A stretch of 64,000 nt of DNA, taken from Thermoanaerobaculia bacterium (lineage in GTDB: Bacteria; Acidobacteriota; Thermoanaerobaculia; Multivoradales; JAHEKO01). The notes below the pieces were generated by a model that was not told the DNA's origin, did not search any database, and worked only from the letters and a program-made list of their open reading frames with translations. Location of the stretch: contig JBAUDS010000371.1 of the NCBI GenBank assembly GCA_049678185.1, positions 2,466 through 66,465 of the forward strand, written 5' to 3'. The position numbers were made by a program, and so were the translations under genes. Positions within the stretch are counted from its first letter, which is position 1. Every line of letters starts with the position of its first letter. Below, in pieces: positions 32,136 to 42,186 of the stretch.

Positions 32136-33425
32136 TCAGGCTGGCTCGGTCTGCGGCGACCTGCCCCGTTCGGCCGGTCGCGTCCGGGCGAACAGCTCCT
32201 CCCAGTCCACTCGTCCGGTAGCCTGCATGAGGATAAACAGCGTCAGGATCGAGCCGATGGTCACCGTCAGCCCAGTGTAGCCCTCGAAGAAGAAGGCGTA
32301 GCTGAACAGCACCAGAAAGACGAACTGGGCCAGACCGGCCTGGAGAAGCGCTTGTTGCATGCCGCTGACCAGGCGCAGATAGCTGAGTACGAGCAAGACG
32401 CTCGTTGCCGCCGCGATCAAAAAAGAAAAGTGGATGTCCAGGTGATCGACCAGGTAGGCCAAGAGCAAGTGGAAAGAGAAGAACGCCGCGCCAAGGAAGA
32501 AGTAGTTCATCGGGTGGAGGTGATGGCGACCCAGCATGCCAAGAATGACCAAGACGGTCATAAAGAACAGCAGAGAGACGGGGGCAAAGAAGGTGATCCG
32601 CGCCGCCACCGGGCCCGGGTTGAGACGGTTGGGAAGATCCAGACCGACGTTCTGATCGGTGACCAGGTTGTTGAAGCTCCAGACCAGCTTCCAACCCTCG
32701 GCCTCCGCGCTCTTTGACGACGGTGACAGGGTGCCGGCCGGAAAGTCGATCTCCTCGAAGTCGGTGGTCACCGACATGTCAAAGTCTCTTACCTGGGCGA
32801 CACCGGCGGGGACAAAGAGGTATCGCCAATCATCCAGACCGCGAGAGCGATACCCCACCTCGACCAGCGACTCCCGGTTCTCGGTCAACTCGACCGCGGC
32901 GGTTATGCCCGCGGTCAGATCGTCCTGCGGCGGGATCTCCTCGCCATCGACCCGGAAGACGAAATCGTCGTAGATGGCCTCGGCCGATGGAAATGTGAAG
33001 TACAGATGCAGCGGACCGTCGGCCCCGTCCGGCCATCTCAACCGATAGCGTCCGTCGAAGGTGACCGCATAGGTGTCGTACCAGAGCAGCCCTTTGCGGC
33101 GCTGCTCGAGATCCAGGTCTACCTCGATGCGACTCGACGCCAGCGGCACCGGCACCCGGTCCACAACCTCGCTGCTCACCTGGCGGGTGACGGCGCCGCC
33201 GTCGGCCTGCTGCTCGGTGATCTCCTCGCGCACCACTCGTGTCACCTCGTACCAGGCAGACAGAGCCACCTGGCCGTGCCGTCCACCCCACAGTTGGGCC
33301 ACCGCCGGCGACAGCCGATCGTCCGACGCCTCGGTGCGATAGGTCAAAGAGAAACCAAGGACAAACCAGGCAACAGAGCAGCAGAGAAAGATGAAGATGA
33401 CCGCAACTAGCCGTGATGCCGTCAT
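32136..33425 (-). CDS. CreD-like inner-membrane protein
   Basis: N-terminal TM, large periplasmic domain, C-terminal cluster of TM helices. Start taken at MTASRL to avoid overlap with uppS. Confidence 0.6.
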   Translation of the reverse strand: MTASRLVAVIFIFLCCSVAWFVLGFSLTYRTEASDDRLSPAVAQLWGGRHGQVALSAWYEVTRVVREEITEQQADGGAVTRQVSSEVVDRVPVPLASSRIEVDLDLEQRRKGLLWYDTYAVTFDGRYRLRWPDGADGPLHLYFTFPSAEAIYDDFVFRVDGEEIPPQDDLTAGITAAVELTENRESLVEVGYRSRGLDDWRYLFVPAGVAQVRDFDMSVTTDFEEIDFPAGTLSPSSKSAEAEGWKLVWSFNNLVTDQNVGLDLPNRLNPGPVAARITFFAPVSLLFFMTVLVILGMLGRHHLHPMNYFFLGAAFFSFHLLLAYLVDHLDIHFSFLIAAATSVLLVLSYLRLVSGMQQALLQAGLAQFVFLVLFSYAFFFEGYTGLTVTIGSILTLFILMQATGRVDWEELFARTRPAERGRSPQTEPA

Positions 33426-33432
33426 GATGCCG

Positions 33433-34188
33433 TCATGATGCCAACTCCCGCGCTTCGACGACGCGGCCAAAGCGACGCTCACGCCGCCGGAACTCCCCTA
33501 CGGCCCGTTCGAGCTCGTCGCCATTGAAGTCGGGCCACAGACAGTCGGTAAACATCAGCTCGGCGTAGGCGCACTCCCAGAGCAGAAAGTCGCTCAAGCG
33601 TTGCTCGCCACTGGTACGGATGAGCAGATCGACGTCGGGCGCCACCGGCCGTGAGTTGACCGCCTGGTTGAGGAGCTCCGAGTACGAATCGAAGTCCAGC
33701 GGCTCCACCGATGAGTGAAGCTCGGCGGCATCGATGAGCGCCTGGCGTGCCGAGTAGTCGACGGCGATCCGCAGGTGCAGGGTGCGGCCCTCGGCGGTCG
33801 CCGCCTCCGCCCGGCGGATCGCCCGCAGCAGTCGCGGCTCGAACCGGTCCCGGCGACCAATGATGTTGAGCAGGACGCCGTTCTCTATGCACTTCTCGCG
33901 CTCGCTGTGGAGGAAGCGCTCGAATAGCTCCATCAGCGCCCGCACCTCTGCCGCCGGCCGCTGCCAGTTGTCGGCGGAAAAGGCATAGAGGGTAAGGGTT
34001 CCGATACCGAGATCGGGTGCAGCCTCGACGACACTGCGGACCGCTTTGGCGCCCTCTCGGTGGCCGACCGTTCGCGGCAATCCTCTTGCCCGCGCCCACC
34101 GGCCGTTGCCGTCCATGATGACGGCTATATGCAGGCCGTGCGCTCGATCTTGACCAATAGTACTTTGCAACACAAAGCTTCCCTCCAA
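33433..34188 (-). CDS. uppS: Undecaprenyl-diphosphate synthase (cis-isoprenyl transferase)
   Basis: HIAVIMDGNGRWA and TLYAFSADNWQRP motifs. Confidence 0.9.
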   Translation of the reverse strand: MEGSFVLQSTIGQDRAHGLHIAVIMDGNGRWARARGLPRTVGHREGAKAVRSVVEAAPDLGIGTLTLYAFSADNWQRPAAEVRALMELFERFLHSEREKCIENGVLLNIIGRRDRFEPRLLRAIRRAEAATAEGRTLHLRIAVDYSARQALIDAAELHSSVEPLDFDSYSELLNQAVNSRPVAPDVDLLIRTSGEQRLSDFLLWECAYAELMFTDCLWPDFNGDELERAVGEFRRRERRFGRVVEARELAS

Positions 34189-34195
34189 AAAAATT

Positions 34196-34636
34196 TCACT
34201 CTTCGCGAGTGGCGTGGATCAACGCCTCCATGTGATCCAGATACCGCTCGAGGGCTCGCCGCCCCTTCGGAGTAAGGCGATACTCGGTGCGTGGGAACCG
34301 TCCTGCAAAGCTCTTCTTGCAGGCCACGTACCCCGCATCCTCGAGCTTGCGTGCGTGGACACTCAGGTTCCCATCCGTCGTCTGCAAGAGATCTTTGAGA
34401 TCGGAGAACGTCAACGAGCGATTTACCGTCAGGGCGCTCATCATGCCGAGCCGGACACGCTCGTACACCAGGCGATCGAAGTCCCGAGCCCCTGGATCCG
34501 CCAGATACCCGGTCAGCCCCTCGAGTTTCTTGCGTTTGTTATCGGAGCTCACTTGGCGGCGCTCCGTCGCCTCTTGTCTCTTAGCCACCGTAACGCCTCG
34601 CGATGATGGCGCCGAAGACGATATGCAACCCGCCAA
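34196..34636 (-). CDS. Winged-helix transcriptional regulator (PadR/HTH_34-like)
   Basis: NLSVHARKLEDAGYV...RTEYRLTPKGRRAL recognition-helix and wing pattern. The start codon is uncertain. Confidence 0.5.
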   Translation of the reverse strand: MAGCISSSAPSSRGVTVAKRQEATERRQVSSDNKRKKLEGLTGYLADPGARDFDRLVYERVRLGMMSALTVNRSLTFSDLKDLLQTTDGNLSVHARKLEDAGYVACKKSFAGRFPRTEYRLTPKGRRALERYLDHMEALIHATREE

Positions 34637-35192
34637 AACCCGCGGCCAGCAGCGCGTTCGACCAAGTGGGTGGTGCCAGCAACGCCACTATTCCGAGGAT
34701 CATGAAGCTCACCCCCATCACCGGGACCGGACGCACCGAAAAGGTGCCGCCGGTCACCACCCCGGCGCCATAGAGGAGAAGCCAGGTCCCCGGAATGGCC
34801 GCGCTGGCGCCCATCCTCTGGAGGACCACCGTCAATACGACGGCCGCCACCAGTGGCGGGCTGAGGCTGAAGAGGAACCGGCGCCCGACTCCGCGCGACA
34901 ACGGCATCCCCTCGCCGCGGGCCTTGTGCGTCATCGCCCAGCCGCCAAAGGCCAGGGCAAAGACGGCGTCCGCTACCCACACCGCCAGCCACTGATCGGC
35001 AAATCGCGTCTGTGCCAAGACAGCGGCTACGAGCGCGGTCGCGCCGATCACGATTCCCGCCAACCCCGGCACCGAGGTAAATGACGCCGACGATTCCATC
35101 GCCCGTCGGATATAGCGCAGGTTGTCCATGGCATGAGAGTGAAGCGCCACGGGCTCCTGTCGTCCCTTGTTGACCGGTTCCGTCGCAGGCAT
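34581..35192 (-). CDS. Hypothetical integral membrane protein, 203 aa, upstream of and overlapping the regulator
   Basis: Five to six TM helices. Confidence 0.45.
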   Translation of the reverse strand: MPATEPVNKGRQEPVALHSHAMDNLRYIRRAMESSASFTSVPGLAGIVIGATALVAAVLAQTRFADQWLAVWVADAVFALAFGGWAMTHKARGEGMPLSRGVGRRFLFSLSPPLVAAVVLTVVLQRMGASAAIPGTWLLLYGAGVVTGGTFSVRPVPVMGVSFMILGIVALLAPPTWSNALLAAGFGGLHIVFGAIIARRYGG

Positions 35193-35272
35193 GCAGCTAC
35201 ACTAGACCAGGGCAGTTGTCGCTGTCAAGTACTTTGTATCACAAAGGTAGTCAAGGCCTATGGATCTCGTAG

Positions 35273-37474
35273 TCAATTCTGAACCACGAACGCAGAGGTG
35301 TTGCTCCCCAGGATCTCACCGCCTTTGAGCGACGCCGTGATCTCCAGGCGGTACTCGCCAGCCGCCAGTCCGCTCGGCCGGAAGGTCCCCACCACCCGAT
35401 CCAGTCCATCCGGGTCGTCGACCAGTCGCTCCATGACATCGAGTGCGCCGCCGCTTGCCACCTCCCCCGCTGTGGTGAGGACACGAGAGCCGATGACCAG
35501 ATCGGGTTGGCTCAAGTCGCTGCCGAGCAGGAAAAACCCGATCGCCTCGTCCCCGCCGAGCGTCGGACGAACGGCAGGTACAAAAGACAAGCCTCCTATG
35601 TGAAACGGCAGGGCCTCGGTGGATCCGACCGTGAAGCTCGCAGCGTCTCTCACCACCAGCCAACCATCGGCGAGGCTGAAGAAAACCGGTGTCAAAAAGC
35701 CGGGAGCACCTCCATCTTCCACGCCCATCGACACCGGAGTCGTCGACAGGAAGAGACCCCCGTTCTCCTGGTAGCGCACCAGAACCCTGATCCTGTACTC
35801 ACCCCCCTCGAGCTCCAACCTGCCGACAATCCGCAACCCGCCCTTCTCGAGAGTGGAGGCGACCTTCCTCATGTCGAGCTGTACACCAATCACCATCAGA
35901 TCGAGGACTGCGCCTTTGCTATCGACTGCGTAGACGTGAACCTCGACCAACGTCTTCCGACGGCGCCGCCCCTCGTCCATCGGCACCAGGTTGTCGCCGG
36001 GGATCTCTACCACCACAGGGACAGACCAGCGGCCGGATGACCCCGGAATGGGCGCCGCCAGCACCGAGACCTCCATCTCGGCGATCTCCTCGTTGGTCAG
36101 GATCATCTCGGCCGCGTCGACACGACGCTCGATCTGTCCCTTCGCCGAGAAGGGGCTGGGGGCCTGATAGCCGGGACGATGACTCAGCCGCGCCTTGGCG
36201 GGTCCCTGTTTCAGCTTGACCTCGACCTTGTGGAAGCTACCGTCGAGAGCCAGGTCGGTCGGTTGAAAGGTGAGCACATAGGTGACGCTGGTGCGTTCGA
36301 GCAGACGCTCTGTCGCCGCGGCCAGATTGTTGTAGTTCTCGAACAGCTCGCCTCCCGTCTCCTTGGCCATGAAGAGCAGCGATTCGGCGTCGAAGGCCGG
36401 ACGACCGATATCGGGTATGCCCTCCACATCGACGGCGTTGAGCGTCCAACCCGTCTGGCGAAAGGCCTTGAACATGTTCTGGAGGTGGTAGAGGACAGCC
36501 GAATCGGCCAGCAGCCCGCCGGCAAAGCCCTCCGACAGCAACACCACCTGCTTCTGCCCGCCCAACTCGCGCAACAGGGTCACCGTGTCGCCCAGGGTCA
36601 ATGCCAGAGCCCGCACCGCGCTGATTACCGAGCTCACCGCCATCTCCTCGGAAAACTCGTCCGGACTGTCTCTCACCAGCTGTGCCAGGGTTGGATCGAG
36701 TGCCGCGCCGGTTCCCGGCAGGTCGATTCCACCCCTCTGTCCGACGCCAAAAATCGACACCGCGCCCAGACCGGCATCCAGACCGGCGGCGCCTTTGCTC
36801 GTGCCCTGGAGCGCTACCGCCGCCGTCGGTCCGACCGCCGCGACCATGCGATCGAAATGTCGCAGCCTCGGATCCGCCTCTTCGTCTCCGAGCTGCTGGT
36901 CGGTCAACTGGAAAAGGGCCCTATGGGCCTCCTCTAGCCCCTTCCGATCGGAGCTCAGAATCGCTTCGACAACATCCAAGGCCAGGGTGATCCGCTCCCG
37001 CTCGACGGTAAAGCCCTCGACCAGATTCAACCCCGAGGCGGCGTTGTAGACGGCGATCGCCACCCGATCGGTCGGGTGGATCTGGGAATCCACCATCGCC
37101 CGCACGCCCCGCAGCGCCCGCAGCAGATAGTGCCGGCGAGAAAAGTTGCTGTCGAAGACCACCAGCAGCTTGCGTCCTTCACTCGACTCCGGATCCGGCT
37201 CGTACTCGGCCGCAGGACTCTCGGGAGACGACACCCGTAGCGACAGATCACGCTCTTCACAGGAGAGGATCTGCTGCTGGACACCCCGATCGAAAAGCTC
37301 GAAATGTTCGGCCGCAAGACCACGCACGGGTTGACCGTCGATGAGCACCCGCACGGGGATCTCGACCTCGGTGACCGTTATCCGCTCGGCGAACCGGGAG
37401 TCCGCGGCCGCGGCCAGGTGCCCGCAGGCGAGAAGAGAGCAGACGGCGAGCAGTCGCACGGTCTTCATCCGCAA
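35273..37474 (-). CDS. Secreted von Willebrand factor type A domain protein (VWFA-related, TIGR03436-like)
   Basis: Signal peptide, VWA region (LLVVFDSNFS...), long beta-rich C-terminus. Confidence 0.6.
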   Translation of the reverse strand: MRMKTVRLLAVCSLLACGHLAAAADSRFAERITVTEVEIPVRVLIDGQPVRGLAAEHFELFDRGVQQQILSCEERDLSLRVSSPESPAAEYEPDPESSEGRKLLVVFDSNFSRRHYLLRALRGVRAMVDSQIHPTDRVAIAVYNAASGLNLVEGFTVERERITLALDVVEAILSSDRKGLEEAHRALFQLTDQQLGDEEADPRLRHFDRMVAAVGPTAAVALQGTSKGAAGLDAGLGAVSIFGVGQRGGIDLPGTGAALDPTLAQLVRDSPDEFSEEMAVSSVISAVRALALTLGDTVTLLRELGGQKQVVLLSEGFAGGLLADSAVLYHLQNMFKAFRQTGWTLNAVDVEGIPDIGRPAFDAESLLFMAKETGGELFENYNNLAAATERLLERTSVTYVLTFQPTDLALDGSFHKVEVKLKQGPAKARLSHRPGYQAPSPFSAKGQIERRVDAAEMILTNEEIAEMEVSVLAAPIPGSSGRWSVPVVVEIPGDNLVPMDEGRRRRKTLVEVHVYAVDSKGAVLDLMVIGVQLDMRKVASTLEKGGLRIVGRLELEGGEYRIRVLVRYQENGGLFLSTTPVSMGVEDGGAPGFLTPVFFSLADGWLVVRDAASFTVGSTEALPFHIGGLSFVPAVRPTLGGDEAIGFFLLGSDLSQPDLVIGSRVLTTAGEVASGGALDVMERLVDDPDGLDRVVGTFRPSGLAAGEYRLEITASLKGGEILGSNTSAFVVQN

Positions 37475-37790
37475 ACGATTCCATCGGGACTACGCCCGGA
37501 GATGATAGCCCGGATGGAAAAAGGGTCACCGGCCAGAGCCGGTGACCCGAGTCAGCGACCAGAACGACCGCACCGGGGTTCGACGCCGGATCACCACCCG
37601 CCGAACAGGGACCCCGTTGACGAATCTGTGATGCCGGGGATGGGCGTCATGGTGCCTCCTCGTCTGTCTTCACTCCACGAACCGTGCCAGCGGCCAGAGA
37701 ACTGAAATCGGGTGCAGGCAGAGCCAGCGGACCGACAGCGGGACATTTCGGCCGCGCGCGAGCGTCCCCTGAAGAGGACGCGGAGGTTGG

Positions 37791-39014
37791 TTAGACGAGC
37801 TCCTGGATGTACTTCTCTCTGGCCAGGCGCCAGAAGACCACCAGAAAGGCGGTCAGCGGGATGGCGAGGATCATCCCCATGATCCCCTGGAGAGCCGTGC
37901 CCCAGAAGAAGATGGCCACGATGATGGCCATGGGGTGGAGCCCGGTTTGATCACCCATGATCTTGGGGGTCAGCAGATAGCTCTCGATGAGCTGCACCAC
38001 TGTAAAGACCACCACCACCCAGAAGGCCAAGGCCAGACCGCCACCCTCCTGGAAAAAGGCCAACGGGATGCTGACTCCCAAGCCGACGATGCTCCCCAGA
38101 TAAGGGATGATGTTGAGGAAACCGAGGGTAAGACCGATGACGAAGCCGTACTTGAGACCCACCAGCGAGAAACCCACGGCGTAGAGGATGCCTTGCAGGA
38201 AGGCGATGACCAGCTGGCCCCGAAAGAAGGCGACGACGATGGTGACGAACTCGGTGGCCAGGTAGACCACGTCGTTGCGGGTCTCCTCCTTGAGGAACGG
38301 TAGCTGCTTGCCAAGATCCCCCATCCGGGAGGGCTCGGCCATGAGAAAGAAGGCAAAGTAGATCGGCAGCACCGCCCATGACAGCAGCGAGCCCAGTGCC
38401 CCAAAAAGACCCATCCCCGCCGACAGGGCCTTGCCCCCCAGGATCTGCAGCCCCTCCAACAGGGTCTCCTGTTGGCCCTCGACCGCGTCCTTGAGCCGCT
38501 GACCCCAGGGGTCCTCTTCGAAAAACAGGAGCACCCTCGGCCATCTGTCTTCGACGAAGGTCAGCATGTGGCCCCACCACTGCGGCACTTTCGAGATCAG
38601 GTCCGTAAGCTGCTCGACCACCAGAGCCCCAAAGAACCACACAAAGGCCACCACCGGGAGGACCATCGAAAAGACCACCGCCAACAGTGCCAGCGGCTTG
38701 GGAAGTCGGAGTCGCTCGCGCAGCCAGTCGTACCAGGGCTTGGTGACCAGGGCGGCCACCGCACCTACGGCCAGCGGCATAAAGACCGACGAGAACTTTC
38801 CAAAGAAGGCCGAGATCAGCCAGATCAGCATCCCCACCGCCCCGACAATCACCACCACCGCGAGAATGGTGATGGCCGCCGCCACGGCTGCCTGCTGACG
38901 CTCACTGAGCATCAGCAAGCCTTTGCGCTGCTCCTCCCCCCCTGCAGAATCGGTCATCGAGACCTCGGAGGATAACACCATCCCGGCAGCCCGTGGCGGT
39001 GCCGGAGAGGTCAC
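37791..39014 (-). CDS. AI-2E family transporter (UPF0118/PerM-like)
   Basis: Eight TM segments with family-typical conserved stretches (NIIPYLGSIVG, LIESYLLTPKIMG). Confidence 0.8.
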   Translation of the reverse strand: MTSPAPPRAAGMVLSSEVSMTDSAGGEEQRKGLLMLSERQQAAVAAAITILAVVVIVGAVGMLIWLISAFFGKFSSVFMPLAVGAVAALVTKPWYDWLRERLRLPKPLALLAVVFSMVLPVVAFVWFFGALVVEQLTDLISKVPQWWGHMLTFVEDRWPRVLLFFEEDPWGQRLKDAVEGQQETLLEGLQILGGKALSAGMGLFGALGSLLSWAVLPIYFAFFLMAEPSRMGDLGKQLPFLKEETRNDVVYLATEFVTIVVAFFRGQLVIAFLQGILYAVGFSLVGLKYGFVIGLTLGFLNIIPYLGSIVGLGVSIPLAFFQEGGGLALAFWVVVVFTVVQLIESYLLTPKIMGDQTGLHPMAIIVAIFFWGTALQGIMGMILAIPLTAFLVVFWRLAREKYIQELV

Positions 39015-39136
39015 CGGTCGCCTCTTGAGCTGGCCTGAAATGTCCCCTCATTGTCCTTTTTGTCCCTTCTCAAGATACATTTTTCGACATAGGCTCCTGG
39101 CTAGCTAGGACCGCATCCCATTTCGAGAGGTGTCCG

Positions 39137-40120
39137 ATGACCGACCCGACAAACCAGCGCTCCGTCACCCGGCCCAGAAGGCTCCACTTCCTGATGCTGC
39201 CCCACGTCCATCTGCTCGATCTGGCTGGTCCCGCTCAGGTCTTCTACGAAGCCAACGGTTTTGGCGCCGACTACAGGATCCAGTTTTGCAGTGTCGACCC
39301 CAAGGTGCCGACCGCGCAAGGACTCTGGCTGGCCGACCTCGAGCCCCTGCCCGTGGTTGGTCCCGACGACATGGTGCTCGTCCCGGGACTGGACTCCGAG
39401 ACCCTCGACGACTTCGATCGCCTGCCCGCTGCCTGGCTGCGCGAAGCCTATTCGGTAGGAGCCCAGATCGGCTCCGTCTGCAGTGGTGCCTTCGCTCTGG
39501 CGCGGGCCGGTCTGCTTCACGGCCGGCGCTGTACAACCCATTGGAAGGTGGCCGACCGGCTGCAGCGCGATTATCCAGACGTCAAGGTGGTCAGAAACCG
39601 GCTCTTCGTTCGCCACGGCCGGATCGTCACCAGCGCCGGGGTGGCCTCGGGCATCGACATGGCGCTGTCGCTGCTGGAAGAGGAGCACGGACCCCTGATG
39701 GTGGCGAAGGTTGCCCGCGAGCTCGTCGTCTATCTTCGTCGCAACGGTGGCAGCGACCAGCAGAGCATCTATTTGGACTATCGCACCCACGTTCATCCGG
39801 GTGTCCACCGCGTCCAGGACTGGCTCATTGCCCACCCCGAGCAGCGGCCGACCCTGGAGGAGCTGGCCAAGGTCGCCGGCATGAGCCCGCGAAACCTGAC
39901 GAGATCGTTTCGTCAGGCCACCGGTGTCACGCTCAAGGCCTTTGCCAACAAGCTCAAGCTCGAGGTCGCCGGCAACCTGCTCCACAATCCCGATCTCACT
40001 CTCGAGGGAATCGCCTCGCATTGCGGGTTTCAGGATCCCCGCCAGCTGCGGCGGTTGTGGAAGGAGAGCTACGGTGTCAGCCCCTCCGCCTGGCGATCTC
40101 GACAGGAAGCGAGAACCTAG
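39137..40120 (+). CDS. GlxA-family transcriptional regulator (DJ-1/PfpI domain + AraC-type HTH)
   Basis: Nucleophile-elbow-like SVCSGAF and a C-terminal AraC helix-turn-helix. Confidence 0.85.
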   Translation: MTDPTNQRSVTRPRRLHFLMLPHVHLLDLAGPAQVFYEANGFGADYRIQFCSVDPKVPTAQGLWLADLEPLPVVGPDDMVLVPGLDSETLDDFDRLPAAWLREAYSVGAQIGSVCSGAFALARAGLLHGRRCTTHWKVADRLQRDYPDVKVVRNRLFVRHGRIVTSAGVASGIDMALSLLEEEHGPLMVAKVARELVVYLRRNGGSDQQSIYLDYRTHVHPGVHRVQDWLIAHPEQRPTLEELAKVAGMSPRNLTRSFRQATGVTLKAFANKLKLEVAGNLLHNPDLTLEGIASHCGFQDPRQLRRLWKESYGVSPSAWRSRQEART

Positions 40121-40171
40121 AGCCGATTCGGTACAATCACGACGAGACCATCACTGTCAGGAGGGCTCGAC

Positions 40172-40414
40172 GTGAAGATTGTTGTCAACAAGACGAATGC
40201 ACCGATCAAGGTTCCCCTGCCCCGGGGCAAAGTGCTCCATCTGGGGCCGAAGAAGAGCGGCAAGATCGCCCATCAGGACCTCGAGCATCCACCCCTCAAG
40301 CTGCTGATCGAAGAGCAGACGATCGAGGTGGAGGACGACGGCTCCGCCGGCTCTACCGAACGCGCACCCTACGACCTCCCGGGTAAGCCTTCTCGATACA
40401 CCGGTGACCGCTGA
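40172..40414 (+). CDS. Small hypothetical protein, 80 aa
   Basis: GTG start with AGGAGG upstream. No family recognised. Confidence 0.3.
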   Translation: MKIVVNKTNAPIKVPLPRGKVLHLGPKKSGKIAHQDLEHPPLKLLIEEQTIEVEDDGSAGSTERAPYDLPGKPSRYTGDR

Positions 40415-41330
40415 TCCCGCCCGCTTCGCCGCCGGACCGGCGCTGCCCGAGTTTCTGGTCCCGCTCCTTCCCTTTGATCGACGTGTTCTGACCCTGGCGG
40501 GAGACAGCAACGCGGGTCGCCGGCTCCACTTTGTCGAGACCGGGCCGAGTGACGCGCGCCCCGTGCTACTGCTCCATGGCAACCCCACCTGGAGCTTCCT
40601 CTGGCGGCGCGTCATCCAAGACCTCGACGAGCTTCGATGTATCGCTCCCGATCTCCTCGGTCTGGGTCTCTCCGATAGATTGCCCCACCTCGGTGACCAC
40701 ACCGTCGATCGCCACGCGGAGTCGATCGCGGAGCTGGCCGAGAGCCTCGATCTGCGCGAGGTGATCCTTGTGGGTCAGGACTGGGGTGGCCCGATCATTG
40801 CCGCGGCGGCGGCCCGGATGCCCGAGCGCATCGCCGGCGTGGTGCTGGCCAACACCGCCGTTGTTCTCCCCCGACATCCGAGGGGAACGGCGTTCCACCG
40901 CTTCTCACGCCTGCCGATTCTGAGCGATATCGTCTTTCGCGTCTTCGGGTTCCCACTCAAGAGCCTGCACCGTGCCCAGGGTGATCCCGACTCGATCAGC
41001 GGGGTCGTGGCACGCGCCTATCTCTGGCCCTTGCGGCGGGTCTCGGACCGGGTGGCACCGTTGGCGCTGGCGCGAATGGTTCCCAATGGACCAAGCCACC
41101 CGAGCGTTCCCGCCCTCGAGCGGGGTCAGGAATGGCTGCTCGGGTTTCGCGGACCGACGGCGCTTGTCTGGGGTACCCGCGATCCGATCCTGGGCCGTGC
41201 GCTCTCTCGCCACCAGAAGCAGCTCCCCGATGCCATTGTGCGCACAACCGAGGCCGGACACTTCCTCCAGGAAGAGGTTCCCGAGGTGCTGGCACAGGCC
41301 ATCCGCGAGGTCGCCCACCGCGCAAGCTGA
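40404..41330 (+). CDS. Alpha/beta hydrolase, haloalkane-dehalogenase-like
   Basis: HGNPTWSFLWR and GQDWGG nucleophile-elbow motifs. Confidence 0.8.
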   Translation: MTADPARFAAGPALPEFLVPLLPFDRRVLTLAGDSNAGRRLHFVETGPSDARPVLLLHGNPTWSFLWRRVIQDLDELRCIAPDLLGLGLSDRLPHLGDHTVDRHAESIAELAESLDLREVILVGQDWGGPIIAAAAARMPERIAGVVLANTAVVLPRHPRGTAFHRFSRLPILSDIVFRVFGFPLKSLHRAQGDPDSISGVVARAYLWPLRRVSDRVAPLALARMVPNGPSHPSVPALERGQEWLLGFRGPTALVWGTRDPILGRALSRHQKQLPDAIVRTTEAGHFLQEEVPEVLAQAIREVAHRAS

Positions 41331-41401
41331 TACCCTCCGCCCCGGCCGCCACCCTTTTCGGGGAGGGATTGAACCGGAGGCCGACAGCACCGAGAGGCTC
41401 G

Positions 41402-42175
41402 ATGGTAAAGAAGTCGATAGTTGTTCTGATTGTCGCCGCTCTGCTGGCACTGGGGCTGTTCATCTTTGGGTGGTCGCGGGCCACGGCCTTGCCCGACTGG
41501 TACCAAGTCGGCGCCGGGGAGGGCAGCGACGGGGTTGGCGTCTCTCCCCAGGGTCTCGGCAAAGAAGGAGCGGCTATCCAGATCACCCACGAGATTCTGG
41601 GCGACATCTCGGAAGAGGACGGCGAGGAGTCGGGGTCACTGTTGGACACCATCAAACGGCGGGGCAGTGCCTTTATCAAGGGTCTCAGGGAGGGTCGGGA
41701 AATCGAGCTGTTGCAACCCGAGCTCGAGCTGCTGCTCGTCGGGCGACTGGCAGCGTCGGACGAAGGGCGCAAATTCCTGCGCTACGCCAGGGTCGTCCAC
41801 GTCTTTCTCGAGCAGGATGAGATCGAGATCGGCGCCATCCTCAGCCTCTCGGAAGTACCTCTAGAGACCCTCGACAGCGCCAGATGGAGCCGGGTGCGGC
41901 AGCTGACCCGGGTCTTCCCCTCACTCGCCACCCGTGATCTGTACGTGGCCTTTCGGGGTCAGCCCTCTGTGCGCTATGGCAATCTCTACTTTGATTCGAC
42001 CTCCCGGCTCAAGGTCGGCAAGCTGACCCTGCCCTTTGCCACCACCGTCAGCCTGCTGCTGCCGGAAGGCGACCGTTTCCAGGACGGGCTCGAGATCGAT
42101 CTCGGCCGCTTCGACCTCGAGGAGATCGAAGTTCTCGACGGCTCCGTGCGGATGGTAGTGGTGGCGAAAATCTAG
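41402..42175 (+). CDS. Hypothetical membrane-anchored protein, 258 aa
   Basis: N-terminal TM MVKKSIVVLIVAALLALGLFIF. Start taken at the internal ATG at 41402. Confidence 0.45.
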   Translation: MVKKSIVVLIVAALLALGLFIFGWSRATALPDWYQVGAGEGSDGVGVSPQGLGKEGAAIQITHEILGDISEEDGEESGSLLDTIKRRGSAFIKGLREGREIELLQPELELLLVGRLAASDEGRKFLRYARVVHVFLEQDEIEIGAILSLSEVPLETLDSARWSRVRQLTRVFPSLATRDLYVAFRGQPSVRYGNLYFDSTSRLKVGKLTLPFATTVSLLLPEGDRFQDGLEIDLGRFDLEEIEVLDGSVRMVVVAKI

Positions 42176-42186
42176 CCCGGGTTCGG